A stretch of 64,000 nucleotides of DNA from Phoronis australis (Eukaryota; Animalia; Phoronida): contig NMRA01000213.1 in NCBI GenBank assembly GCA_002633005.1, positions 266,376 to 330,375 on the forward strand. Direction: 5' to 3'. A model generated the notes under the pieces. It searched no databases. It was not told the DNA's origin and saw only the letters and a list, made by a program, of their open reading frames with translations. Of the stretch, positions 51,002 to 62,481 are shown in pieces; the stretch's first letter is position 1; the number at the start of each line of letters is the position of its first letter. The translations under genes were made by a program, and so were the position numbers.

Positions 51002-54000
51002 TAGGCCATGAACCGTAGGCCACAGGAGGCCTAGAAAACCACTTTTGTGACCACTTTAGGGGGCAATTTAATTCAGGTGTTTTTGATGTCACAAAGCATT
51101 GTACTTTATGAATCAAAAAAGTTCCCGCGTTTAAACTTGCACATTTTTGTGAAATCTAATGTTAAAATTGTGCCAATTCAGCAAATTTTACACGGAATTA
51201 AAAAACTAGAAAAGAAGAAAATTAGGTGTCCATAATGCATGATACTGCAGATAATAATCCTAAAGGCTGTATTTAGTCATAATAAACACATATTTTGTTA
51301 TATTTTTCCATTAAAATGTAAAATTATGGAAGAAATATGAATTTATGGGTGCCAACTGTTGGCGAAATATAGAACTATCATTCACAGTGTTTTATGTTGC
51401 TTTTACTGTATGTAAAACTACAACTGTCAAACTGACTATGTCTCACCTTTATTTTATCACACATATACTAATCTGTCATACAAAAACAATCATTGTTACA
51501 AGTCCAAAGCATACAATTTGTCAAAAAATGGAGACAAAAAGAATAGAATAACAACAAATGCAATCGGATGAAGTCCAAAGGCCGAGAAATTAACAAAATA
51601 AAAACCCATTACTAGAGACTTAAGTATGAAAAAATAGAAAAATGTTTTACAAATCACCAGGGTAACTGGGCCAGTTACTAGCCCGATTTCTGTCTAATCA
51701 GAAGATGTCTTTCCAAGTTCCTCCGGCTGGAATGCAAGTCCATCACACCGTTACTCATCATCTGACTCAATTTCATCACTCACTTTGACATTCTCACAGT
51801 TTTGGCAGTTGCACATTTCAGCGTATTTTAGTCCAACATTCCAGCATTTACACAAGAACAAATGTTTTTAACAGCAATTCCCTCTGATTCCGTTTTGGAC
51901 TAAGGAATTGTAGAATAGGGTAAATTCTCTGTAATTTTGATATCAGATTTCCAATTCGAACACATCCATTACAACCTCTTTTGGACAAAGTTTTCTCGAG
52001 GAGTGACTTTAACAGAGTCAAATGCAATATTTCCCCCATGCGATATTATTCGTTGCTCCTTAACTTCAAAGCAAAACTCTAGAAATTCATCTGTGAAAAT
52101 TTCACTGCTTTCAATATCTTCAGACTTCTGTTTTGTCAGTGGTCTTGTGAAGCTTTTGTAGCAAGAACGACGGTATTTGTCTTCAAGTGCTACCAGATCA
52201 TTTCCCTGTAATCTGAGCAAGAGGTCCATGTCATTTCCTGTCTTAGCAACATCCAAAACCAACCCACCTACAATCAGGCAAATTAAACATGAAAACCGTG
52301 GTCAGAGTTGGTTGTGAAAGCAATTTCAGATATACACACGAGTCTTGGTAATTTTGCAAGTATTCTAAATTGTACTTTCCCTCAAATAAATTTTGTTATT
52401 TCAAATAACACATAAAAGTGGAACTTTTGAAGATAGAATTCCAACAACACTATTAATGTGTAAGCAAACCATCAACAAACTATGTTGAATAAGTAGAAAC
52501 TCAATATAAATGGCTGTTCTCAAAATGTTTGCGATATATTTCGATACTCTTCGACCATATATGTGAAATTGCACCTACATCTGAAATTCAGACACTATTT
52601 GCCTTTTAGCAAAACAGTGAGTAAGAGTAGCTTGAAAATGTAAAGGTGGTGCTCCACATATAGGTGCATTCTGTAGTCAATATTTACACTGATGGGCAAT
52701 CACTTGTGCCCAGGATGTAATTCCCAAACTCAGACTCAAAGCCAAACCACCCACACTGCACAATTCAATTTACTCGAATTGTGACATGCAATTGGTCAGT
52801 TTTCGGGCTGAGTTTTGAGTATGGACATTTCCTCTCCCCCCACCCCTGGACATTACAAAAAGTACAATTTTGATAGATATCTCACACCATGCCCAGAGTT
52901 ATGTTTACTGGGAAAAGAACATTGTACTCATAAGAAAATTTTCATCTTGTTATTGGGTTATGTGTCTTACCTACATTTGAATGCCATCACACGGGCCTGT
53001 TATTCAATGAATTACCTGGATGCTCTATTAAAACACAAGCAGGCCAGACACCGAGTCCATGGAACAAAGTCTTTATACCAGTTGCGCATATGAGGCCTTT
53101 CCACTCGGTTCCTACCTGAGCCAACTAGCACCCAAGTCAACTAGTACCCGTGCTAAAAACATAACTAATAAATTAAAAAAAATTCATTTTCATCCACAAA
53201 ATAACGGGTAATCTTGAGTGGTTTTGCATAAATATGGCATGATTGTTTTTGCTCACTGCTTTGCCATATTAAATAATTTTGAAATACTTTGGAAATTTGA
53301 CTTGGGTACGAGTAGAGTGGTTTGAAGTGACCTGTTTCCCATTGAGGCACTGACTACACTGTCACTGACTCAGTGACTTGCGTCAATTTATCATACTCCC
53401 ATAACAAATTAACACTCACCATCATCCTTGTCGTAATCAGGGGTTTCTGTTCGTGGCATACTTTATAGTTTCGCAATCTTTCCTCTTTGCTCTTTCAATC
53501 TTTGTAACGTCAGTAAGCTTATATAACATGATTTGTGATACTGCCTGGAGCCCAGCCATTCCTTGAAGTTTCTTGATGCAAATGCCAACTGGTGACACAC
53601 ATTGTGCTCATCGCTATCTCCATCTCCAAGGGAAAGTCATTCTTTCTCATAATCAATGCTTTTTGCCCATGTCAGTTTCTTGAAACTCAACAGATCTGTT
53701 GAACTTACTGCTTGAAAGTGTATGCAGCAGACGTTGACAGCATCTCCTAAGGGAGCCGCCATGTTAGATTAGGTCTGCAGTTACTTAATTTCTGAGCTTG
53801 TGATTGGCTTAAATTGTGACCTTGTGTTAATCTTTTGTTGGATTTAGCGCCATCTCTTGTTCAATAATGTAACGTTTGGACTCGGAAAAATTGTTTTTCT
53901 ACAAAAAATGTGCAATTTAAAACATGGGAACTTTTCAGGTATTAATTGTTTGATGGTATATCTAGCCATACAGAAAAAAATCAAGTTGCCCCCTGAGATA

Positions 54001-54040
54001 TTCACAGGATGAAACGACTGGAGCTACGGCCCATAGCCTA
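51002..54040 (-). mobile_element. internally deleted Academ-type transposon
   Basis: AAG|TAGGCCATGAACCGTAG ... CTACGGCCCATAGCCTA|AAG (3-bp TSD, ~150-bp diverged TIRs). Minus-strand relics: MAAPLGDAVNVCCIHF, QYHKSCY..TDVTKIERAKRK, QGNDLVALEDKYRRSCYKSFT and C-terminal CSCVNAG..EMCNCQNCEN. Confidence 0.8.
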
Positions 54041-54601
54041 AAGTGGCAAGTGTTCTCATACTGACATACATACAATTCTTGACATGTTCCTGAATCATTT
54101 TGTGCTCTCGCAAACAGCAGTTTTGGGCCAGCTAGGTCACTGCTGAAACCATGAATTATTGAATGAGTGTGCGACTTTAGAAGAGACTGGCAAGATGTCT
54201 GCTCCTTGTTGCATTCATGTCTCAGATTCTGCTAAAAATTCTGAGCCCTTGGAATTTTCAGATATTACGTGGTCTAAGGCGAACAAATGGATCAACATTG
54301 AGTGCAGAAAAGTATTATTGCTAAGAAGTTTTTAAGTTTTTGTGAAAAAACAGAGCTATTCTATCACAATCAGTATTACAGACACTTAATGGATATATCA
54401 AAAATCGAAACAGCCCTTAAAAGAAAAAGACCAAGCTGATAAAGGAAATAAACGGGGATCCCAGAGCTTTTTTGGGGCATGAAAAGGTAACCAATTTGCT
54501 TTGGTGCCACAGTGCTCTATGGGTATCTTGATGCTTGGAAATGGCTGTCTGGCAGGTTCGCTCTGGTGGGTGTGGTCAGGGGAGACAAGAGAATGACACT
54601 C

Positions 54602-55260
54602 GAAAATTGAGCTAGACCAACTTTTCTGGTAACCACTTCAAACTGCCTTGGATACCTACTACGTAATCCACTGTATCAAAATTGGCCACTGGCAGACAAT
54701 TACAGTGGTGGGGACTACCCGCCAGACGAACATATACAGGGTACAAAAATTGAGCTAGATCAATCCATGAGGTAACCGCTTGAAACCAGTGGCAAAATAT
54801 TCACCGTAAGCCCAGGTTTCACGAATGAACACTGCCAGACAAATCTAGAGGTGGGTTACCCCCGCCAGACACGCCCAAATACCAGAATTGAGCTAGATCA
54901 ATCCATCAGGTAACCGTTTGAAACCAATTGCACGACGTTCAGCATCACTGAACATGGCACAAAAGTTAGATGCCAGACAATTTCTGCGGTGGGGTGCCCT
55001 TGCCAGACGATTATCTAAAAGGGCTAAAATTGAGGTACATCAATCCAAGAGGTAACCACACGAAACCAGTTGCAAAATATTCACCGTAAGCCCAGATATC
55101 ACGAATGAACACTGCTAGACAAATCCAGTGGTGGGTTAGCCCCGCCAGACACGCCCAAATACCCGAGTTGAGGTAGATCAACCCACCAGGTAACCGTTTG
55201 ATAACCAATTGCACGATGTTCAGCATCACTGTACATGGTGCGACAGCGAGATGGCAGGAG
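54602..55260. repeat. subterminal array of ~140-bp units (alternating ~281-bp dimers) in the left TIR
   Basis: TTGAGCTAGATCAA...GGTAACC recurs at ~54605, 54748, 54886, 55028 and 55167, and is mirrored at 61056-61425. Confidence 0.85.
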
Positions 55261-56493
55261 TAGAAACAAAATTCATTATAAGCCCATTTACGCTGAATAA
55301 GCACCAAGTTGAGGAACCATGCACTTTTTACATAAGGTGAGAGAATGTTGTCTGCAAATTTATGTCAGGGCATGAAAAATCAGAAAAATCGCGCCTGATC
55401 GGTTGGAGCGACCTCACAATCTACGCAACAACAACGGAATACTCCACATGATATATTCTAATTCACAATTAAAAATAGAACATAGAAATCCGCCCATTTT
55501 ACCAGTCTAAAGTACGTCCCCCTGTTTTCGGACGAATTTTACCCAAATCCACATCTCATTTGATGTAACTCTTACAACGAGGAATAATCGAAATGGCGTC
55601 TTTTGCTGCCGTCTGCGTTATGTATGCGCACCAACTACCGTCATTTCCGTTGTACACGTGCTTAACCACGACGAGCTATTTGACATGGGCGTTGAAAGCT
55701 GAAAACAACGGAGGTTTCGGGAGATTCTTGACAATTATCGGTGAGTAGTTTTCTAATATAATTGTTCATGAGTGTTGACTGCCAAGTAGTAGCGTGATTT
55801 CAAACAGGTGGATTACAATTAGAAATCCCGTCATAGACCCAAGCTACATGTATTTTTCTTGGTAAATCGACCTTCACATGTGCCCTGTGACATGCAGTTT
55901 TTATTATTTAATGAAAGCTCTGTTCATTTTGACCGTCGTTTTGCTGGGTCCGCATCGATATTTCCCGGTCCCCGAGTTACCTCGACTCTGTATTCCGCAA
56001 CTGATATTTTTTCGGGCCTATGTTTCCTAGTGCCGATCCTCCACCGACCCTATATTCGCCCCCAAATCCTGTTTTTCCAGTCCAGATGTCGCTATGTTCC
56101 CCTGCCCCCATGTTCCCTCGTACGGACCCATTTTATGTACATCGGAAATCAATTCCTTGCGTTGATTACTTGATTTATAGATCTTGCGACTAAAAAGCGC
56201 TAGGATTCTGGCCAATCATAAACATTATCAAGATGTGATTTTATCTACAAACAGACTGGGTTGGTCTGTCATTATCAATAAATTGCTTTACTTGCTTTTC
56301 TGTAAGCAAATGCTCCCTTTAAACACAGAAATTGAATTAACGTACACCGATACGTGGGAACAAGACCGGGTAATATAGGACCAGGGCAACGTCGGGATGG
56401 GGTAACATGGGGACGGGGAACATTGGGCAGCGGAATATTGGTTGGGGAACAGAGGGACGGGGATCGTAGTGACAGGGGAACAGTGGGCAGACC

Positions 56494-59400
56494 ATGTCTC
56501 GTTCTTTAGGGCAAAATGACACTGACATATGTATAAAGAAAACAAAACAACTTAAACCAAATAAACGTTTTTCATTACAGGTTCTTGAAAGCGAAGGTAA
56601 TTTATGCTGCTTCATCTGCCAAACATCAACTGGCGAGGACAGCAAGGTGAAAACTTTCAACGAAAACACTTGGTCAACACTGAAGAACGTTACTACTCTA
56701 CGTAAAAAATTAAAATGTGACAAATACCCCCTTGTTACGCAAAGAATAGCGGAACCTAGTGAAACAGAATTATATCTTCGCTATCACCCATCCTGTCACA
56801 GAAAATACACTGCTGTTAAACGGCCAAGAGATGGACCGTCAGTTGACGGCACAACTCCTAGTAAAATGGCTTGTGTTGTTACAAGACGTTGCAGTCCTCT
56901 CCCAAAGTCCGATGATAAGGGCATGTTGAAAGGTTCTTGCATATTCTGTGGGAAAAGCCATTGAAGTTCTTGAAAACCGGCGGTCAATACTTCTCTCTAC
57001 TTTGCTAGATTTGTACAAAGAAGAGTATGCAAGTAATGGTGGGACAGAAGCTGATGTCTCAGCATACACAACTCAGAACCTCCTTAAGAAGATCAAAGAC
57101 CAATTTGGAGGCAGAATTCAAGTGAGATTGTCAAATCAACGGAAAGGGAATTTTATTTTTAGCTCCACTGTAACAGAGGAAGATGCATTAGTGCAGCAGC
57201 AAGGTGAAACTGAAGAAAACTACCAAAGTGACAAACTGAGATGGACTGCTCTTTATCTTCGATCTCAAATCTTGCAACTGCCTAAGTCAAAGACACCTAT
57301 TCCAACAACAGTGCAGAATTTGAAATCATGTGCACCAAAGATACCGCAGCAACTTGAACTGTTCTACCGAACTCTTCTCTTTGGCATTACAAACTCTAAC
57401 TATCAAAGAGAATCCATAGACGGTAAAGTGACCGCAATGGCATCTGACACCATTTACAACGTCACCCGTGGTAATGTGAGGCCGTGGAAGCACACGTCCC
57501 TGGGACTTGGTCTGTCTTCTCTGACAGGTTCAAAACTGTCTGTGCAGATTCTTAACAGAGCAGGACAATCCATCGGCTACAAAGAAAGCAAAGGCCTTGA
57601 GACTGAGTTTACGTATTCCATAGAGTCGTATGAACGCGAAGCACCGGATAGTATTCGACTCCTTCCAAATCTAGCCACTGCCTCTGTCTGGTATAATAAT
57701 GACGCACACGTCGAAACATTAGATGGCATGTGAACACTGTACGCAAATGTTGGTTATAGCTACCAAAATGCTGTGGAAGAAGAAAGTAAGACTCTTATGC
57801 TTCACTGTTGTTTCGAGAAGGAAGGAATCGCCGACAGATTGTAGGGGTAGACCGCGAATTGCGGCCATTCAGAAAATCTCTTAAGGATGTTACTTTTTCA
57901 AGTATCAACATTAGCTCTGCTCAAACACGTGACAATCTTGTCAGAGGCACTAAAGTAAACTACAAGAACATACAGCTCAACTTGTTGGATCTCTACTGGT
58001 TTTTGAAACTAAGGGAAGGTAACACTCCACTGCATGCTGGATTTATGAGCAGTTACATACGGGGCCCATTGCCTCTTCAAAGGATCTGTTACATGGACCC
58101 CATTTCAAAATCACCAACCAACAACGATGTTGTTAAAGAAAAAACTATGATCCGCACAATGAATGTAGCCAGAGAGACTGGGCAAGACTACGCAGTTGTC
58201 ACATATGACTTGGCAGTTGCTTTAAAAGTCTACGCAATACAAGAACTTGAAAGACCATTGTCTGTGGGAACCATGATAAATGGAAGTGGCATAGAGTTCC
58301 CACTTTCAGAGACTGGTATCTTGGCAGAAGGGTCTGTGATGGGCTTCATTAAAGGGAAATTCTACAACAGGTGCACTCCGGTTCACGAGCTTCTTGCTAA
58401 CGTTTTGGAGGGCAAGATGTACCAAAAATGTCTGCATGACTTGTCTCTGGAGGAATATGAATCGTTCCTTACGGTTATGATCGCAGTCCCTTCAGATCCA
58501 GAACAAATAGAGGCAAACCTTGATGGTCTTGTGATCACTCAGCATATCTAGAAGTATGAAGATTTCTTTCACACAGTGATTAATGGCAAATATGGCGAAA
58601 CTGCTCAGTTTTGGGCAACCTACATCTTTCTCATAAACCGCGCGCACAGAGAACTCCAGAGATGCGTCATGACCAATGACGTCAGTGGTTATATCAACAT
58701 TTTCCCGAATATGCTAGATGTATTTTTTTTGCCCTGTATTGCCCAAACTATGCCAGATGGGGAACATTGTTTTACCAAAAATTGAAATTTGCAGACCCAG
58801 GATTGCGCGAAGTGCTGGAAAACGGAGCGTTTTCAGGGCGACGTACTAGGAACAACTTCAGTAGATCGGCTGTTGACCTCTCTTTGGAACAGTTCGTCAA
58901 CAGGGATGCTGCATCGAGCATGATAGGGATATTGGCTTTCCGCAACTCAGAGAATGCAATGCGTCGATGGTCCCTCTCTATGCCACAAAGGGCAATGGCT
59001 GTAAGTGAACTTAGGACATTTGCAGGACGTGTATGCAATAACAGGGCCTGATCAAACTATGCGACAGAGCTCACAAACACTTCTGAACAACAGTGCGTTC
59101 AAGAATGAACTGGCGAGGTTCCTTTTTATGACGGAATGGAGAAAAGACCATTATTGGCCTAGTTTGGTGGGAGAAACTTGTTTGTTTCCCACGGTGGTGA
59201 CTGCTACCAGTTCTTTCCCGACGATAACCAGCAAATCATGGTGACAAAACCTGCCCATCTCCAAGGTGACCACGAGGAAGCGGATACGCTGATTGTGTTC
59301 CACGTCGCAAACATTTCAATCGGTCATGTTATTGGTGAGGGCTTCAGATACAGATGTTTTAGTAATCTTGCTTGGTACACTCGAACAACAGCGGCGAGAA

Positions 59401-60446
59401 ATAAGATCCACGACCAACGTTGTCATGGACTGTGGGATGGGAAGTATCAGAAGATTTATCAACATTTCCGACATAGCAAACGTTCTTGAAGAGCGCAAGT
59501 ACGGACTTCCCAGAGCAATGCCTGGATACCATGCCTTCACTGGATGTGAATACACATCTGCCTTTTATAGGTATGTTATCGAAATCTTGATTATTGCAGT
59601 AGTGACAAGAATTGAATGAATTCGATTACAGTGAGGAGAATTGATTAAATTCGATTAGCTGTGATTACGTCTGCCATGTAAATGAAGTCTAAGTAACGTA
59701 TAATGGTTGCCTCCTTTAAATAAAAAAGATTTCTGTTATGAATTAGTTGTACACGTCATTCCTTATTTTCCAGAAAAGGCAAAATCAAACCCTAGGACAT
59801 TACTGAAAGTTATGAAAGGTTCATCAATGTGTTCACTAGTTGTGGAGATGTGCATGGCAGCATCGATGTCGGTTTAGTCGCTGAATTCGTATGTCACATG
59901 TACGCAAAAAGTAAGCTCAAAGATGTTAACGAGGCCCGGTTCGTCAAACTTATGGACATGACTGGCAAAGTTGCTGAGGTATGTAGTGATAACTTGTAAA
60001 CAATATAAATATTCGATCTGATAATTTTTAAATACCATCAAAGTCAGCTATGCTTATATTTTTTAATTTCCTTTCAGGAGAATCCACTCGCAAATTTAAA
60101 ACGAATTGACTGTGGGTTGCTCCCACCTTGTCTCCGTAGCCTGCAGATGAAGATTCGCCGAACGCAGTACGTCACAGTGCTATGGACCCGTGCCGCGACA
60201 GCATATCCCGGGGATGGACTGATACCAACTGATTATGGTTGGCATGCAACAGAAACTCACACACTTCTGCCAGTTTGGTTTGAGGGGTCCATTCTTCCTG
60301 ACATATTGTTCAGTTCGCATGCAGAAGTCAACAGCAGTAACCTTGGGAATGAAGCCACCAGCATTAGAGATAGTTCTTCTGAAGAACTGTCAGATTCCGA
60401 AGATGATCCATGGAGTGAAGACTCCGACTCTGATGAAGAGGATTAA
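56494..60446 (+). pseudogene. Academ transposase with XPG/FEN1-like nuclease domain; frameshifts, stops, deletions, two introns
   Basis: Motifs in order: CFIC, YHPSCHRKYT, CIFC, (D)NND..VETLDG, VVTYDLAVALK, GKFYNRC, DLSLEQ..NRDA, HEEADT, ASDTDV, FTGCEYTSAFY^RKGKIKP, LLPPC...IRRTQYV, DYGW. GT-AG introns at 59571-59773 and 59979-60077 join the frames. Confidence 0.88.
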
Positions 60447-62346
60447 TTACGGCACTTTGGATTTGACATGCACAGTGAATAAGTTGGCTCATTGGAATGA
60501 GATGAATATTGGTTATAGCAATAAGTCTCCTTTTATATTTTTGTGTTTGTTACCCATGTATGGTGTTCTCCAAAAAGGGTGAAGAAACCTTTATGGCACC
60601 TGACATTTGGTTCATATAGTCGTCTTAAAGCTGTAACGTAAATATAATACACTGTTCATGTTGCGAACTTGTTATTCACATTGCTCGGGAATAACGAGTC
60701 CTAATAGTTTTTCAGTTAAGTTAGTTTGATAAGCACTTTATTTGCCCGACACAGATATTTGGACAATAGAGCTGTTCGCTTTATGTCTTCATGGTGCAAT
60801 TAAAACACAATCAAATTGATTATCTATGGACATGGTATACGGTGCTCAATCATCCTTGCGAAAGCCCCAAGAATTCATATTGGGTGAGGGGGTATGCAAA
60901 CTAAATAAAGCTTCTTGTTTATGTTTCACAAATTTATTTTTATTATTACTAGAGTATGTGCATTTGAATAGGGAGAGTGGGGCATCTCATAAAAGGTCAA
61001 CCGGGCATGTACCAAATCTCCACTTGATATTGCCTCACAGCGTTGTTGCTTGTGGAGTGTTGCTGGGCATTATGCAAATGGTTTCAAACGGTTACCTGAT
61101 GGGTTGATCTACCTCAGCTCGGGTATTTGGGCGTGTCTGGCGGGGCTAACCCACCACTAGATTTGTCTGGCAATGCTTATTCGTGATACCCGGAGCTACG
61201 GTGAATATTTTGCAACTGGTTTCGTGCGGTTACCTCTTGGATTGATCTAGCTCAATTTTAGCCCTTTTTGATAATCGTTTGGCAAGGGCACCCCAACGCA
61301 GAAATTGTCTGGCATCTAACTTTTGTGCCATGTTCAGTGATGCTGAACATCGTGCAATTGGTTTCAAACGGTTACCTGATGGATTGATCTAGCTCAATTC
61401 TGGTATTTGTGCGTGTCTGGCGGGGGAGTGTCATTCTCTTGTCTCCCCTGACCACACCCACCAGAGCGAACCTGCCAGACGGCCATTTCCAAGCATCAAG
61501 ATACCCATAGAGCACTGTGGCACCAAAGAAAATTGGCTACCTTTTCATGCCCAAACAAGCTCTGGGATCTCGGTCTAAAACGATGTTGAACATACTAGAA
61601 AATTAAAGAGATTGGCACTGTCAGTTCCATTTAACAGCGCTCAAAAATATATATGTGTTGTCACCATTATGTATCATTTGCCACAAATTAAAGTCCATCA
61701 CAGAGAACTTCACAAACAAAAGAAAACTTAAAAATCTATCCCATTTCCAAGCATTCACTTGTAAATAGGCCTACCTATTCTTAATTCGAAACATCATTTA
61801 TGGTAAAAAATCTTTAGTTTAGGACAGAGAGAAATGAATTAGTTTGCATGATGAATTTTCAGTATTAGCCGCCCCATCTCAAGGATACTGTCTGTAGTTT
61901 TTACCTACATGTGAGTGATCAGCTCTGCTCTTCATTAACGTCCAAGCCTTTTTTCTGACCCTTGTATGTAAAAACATGAGCTGTGTTTGAAAATTGAGAA
62001 ATATAAATATGCAAATATTTCCCGTGTTCTGTAATTCATTATCTTGAAAATTCAAATGTTGCTCAGATTTCAGTGTCTCACAATTTGGAGATTCTTGAAT
62101 TGGAGAATTTTTAGTGTAGGGAAATTTTTGCTCTTCCAATTATGTGCTATCTAAAACAGGAAGCGTCAAAAGAACTTTTAGCTCTACGCTAAATAAGTGG
62201 CTATTCAATTTCACTCAAAAACTATTGCCAAATCGACCAGTCCTCTATTTTCAAAGGCTGAACTACTGTACGGTACTAAGGATGGTGAAAAATTGTTTAT
62301 GTCTTAATTAAATTGGCAACTGTGCGGTGCAATCAATGCTAATAAA

Positions 62347-62481
62347 TATCGATTATTTCATGGCGTGGATTTTGTAGAATTATCACCCTCGGGGCTAACG
62401 CCCTTCGGGTGATAATTCTCCAAAATCCACTCGGACTCTAGGTAACGGGGGATAAGGACTGAAAACATGTAATAATCTATT
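62347..62481. mobile_element. palindromic mini-element with central CCCTCGGGGCTAACGCCCTTCGGG hairpin
   Basis: GTGGATTTTGTAGAATTATCACCC / GGGTGATAATTCTCCAAAATCCAC, plus outer arms GATTATTTCATG / CATGTAATAATC. Confidence 0.6.

Larger units (their letters stand above)
54449..61577 (+). mobile_element. Academ (AcademX-like) DNA transposon, 7.1 kb
   Basis: AAA|TAAACGGGGATCCCAGAGC ... GCTCTGGGATCTCGGTCTA|AAA. Long TIRs (~54449-55230, ~61056-61577), 3-bp TSD and a decayed transposase gene inside. Confidence 0.9.
50575..61770 (+). mobile_element. oldest (outer) Academ-type relic, split by two younger Academ insertions
   Basis: Degenerate left end resembling the TIR at 51002. Coding head MSAPCCIHVSD...YHNQYYRHLMDISKIETALKR (54195-54425) continues across the insertion as DKGNDVEHTRKLKR...YVLSPLCIICHKLK (61578-61760). 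Right end not found. Confidence 0.65.

Noticed and set aside
54602-55260. CRISPR-like array
   Set aside because: The intervening segments are themselves repeats and are mirrored in the right TIR. The context is a eukaryotic transposon with no cas genes.
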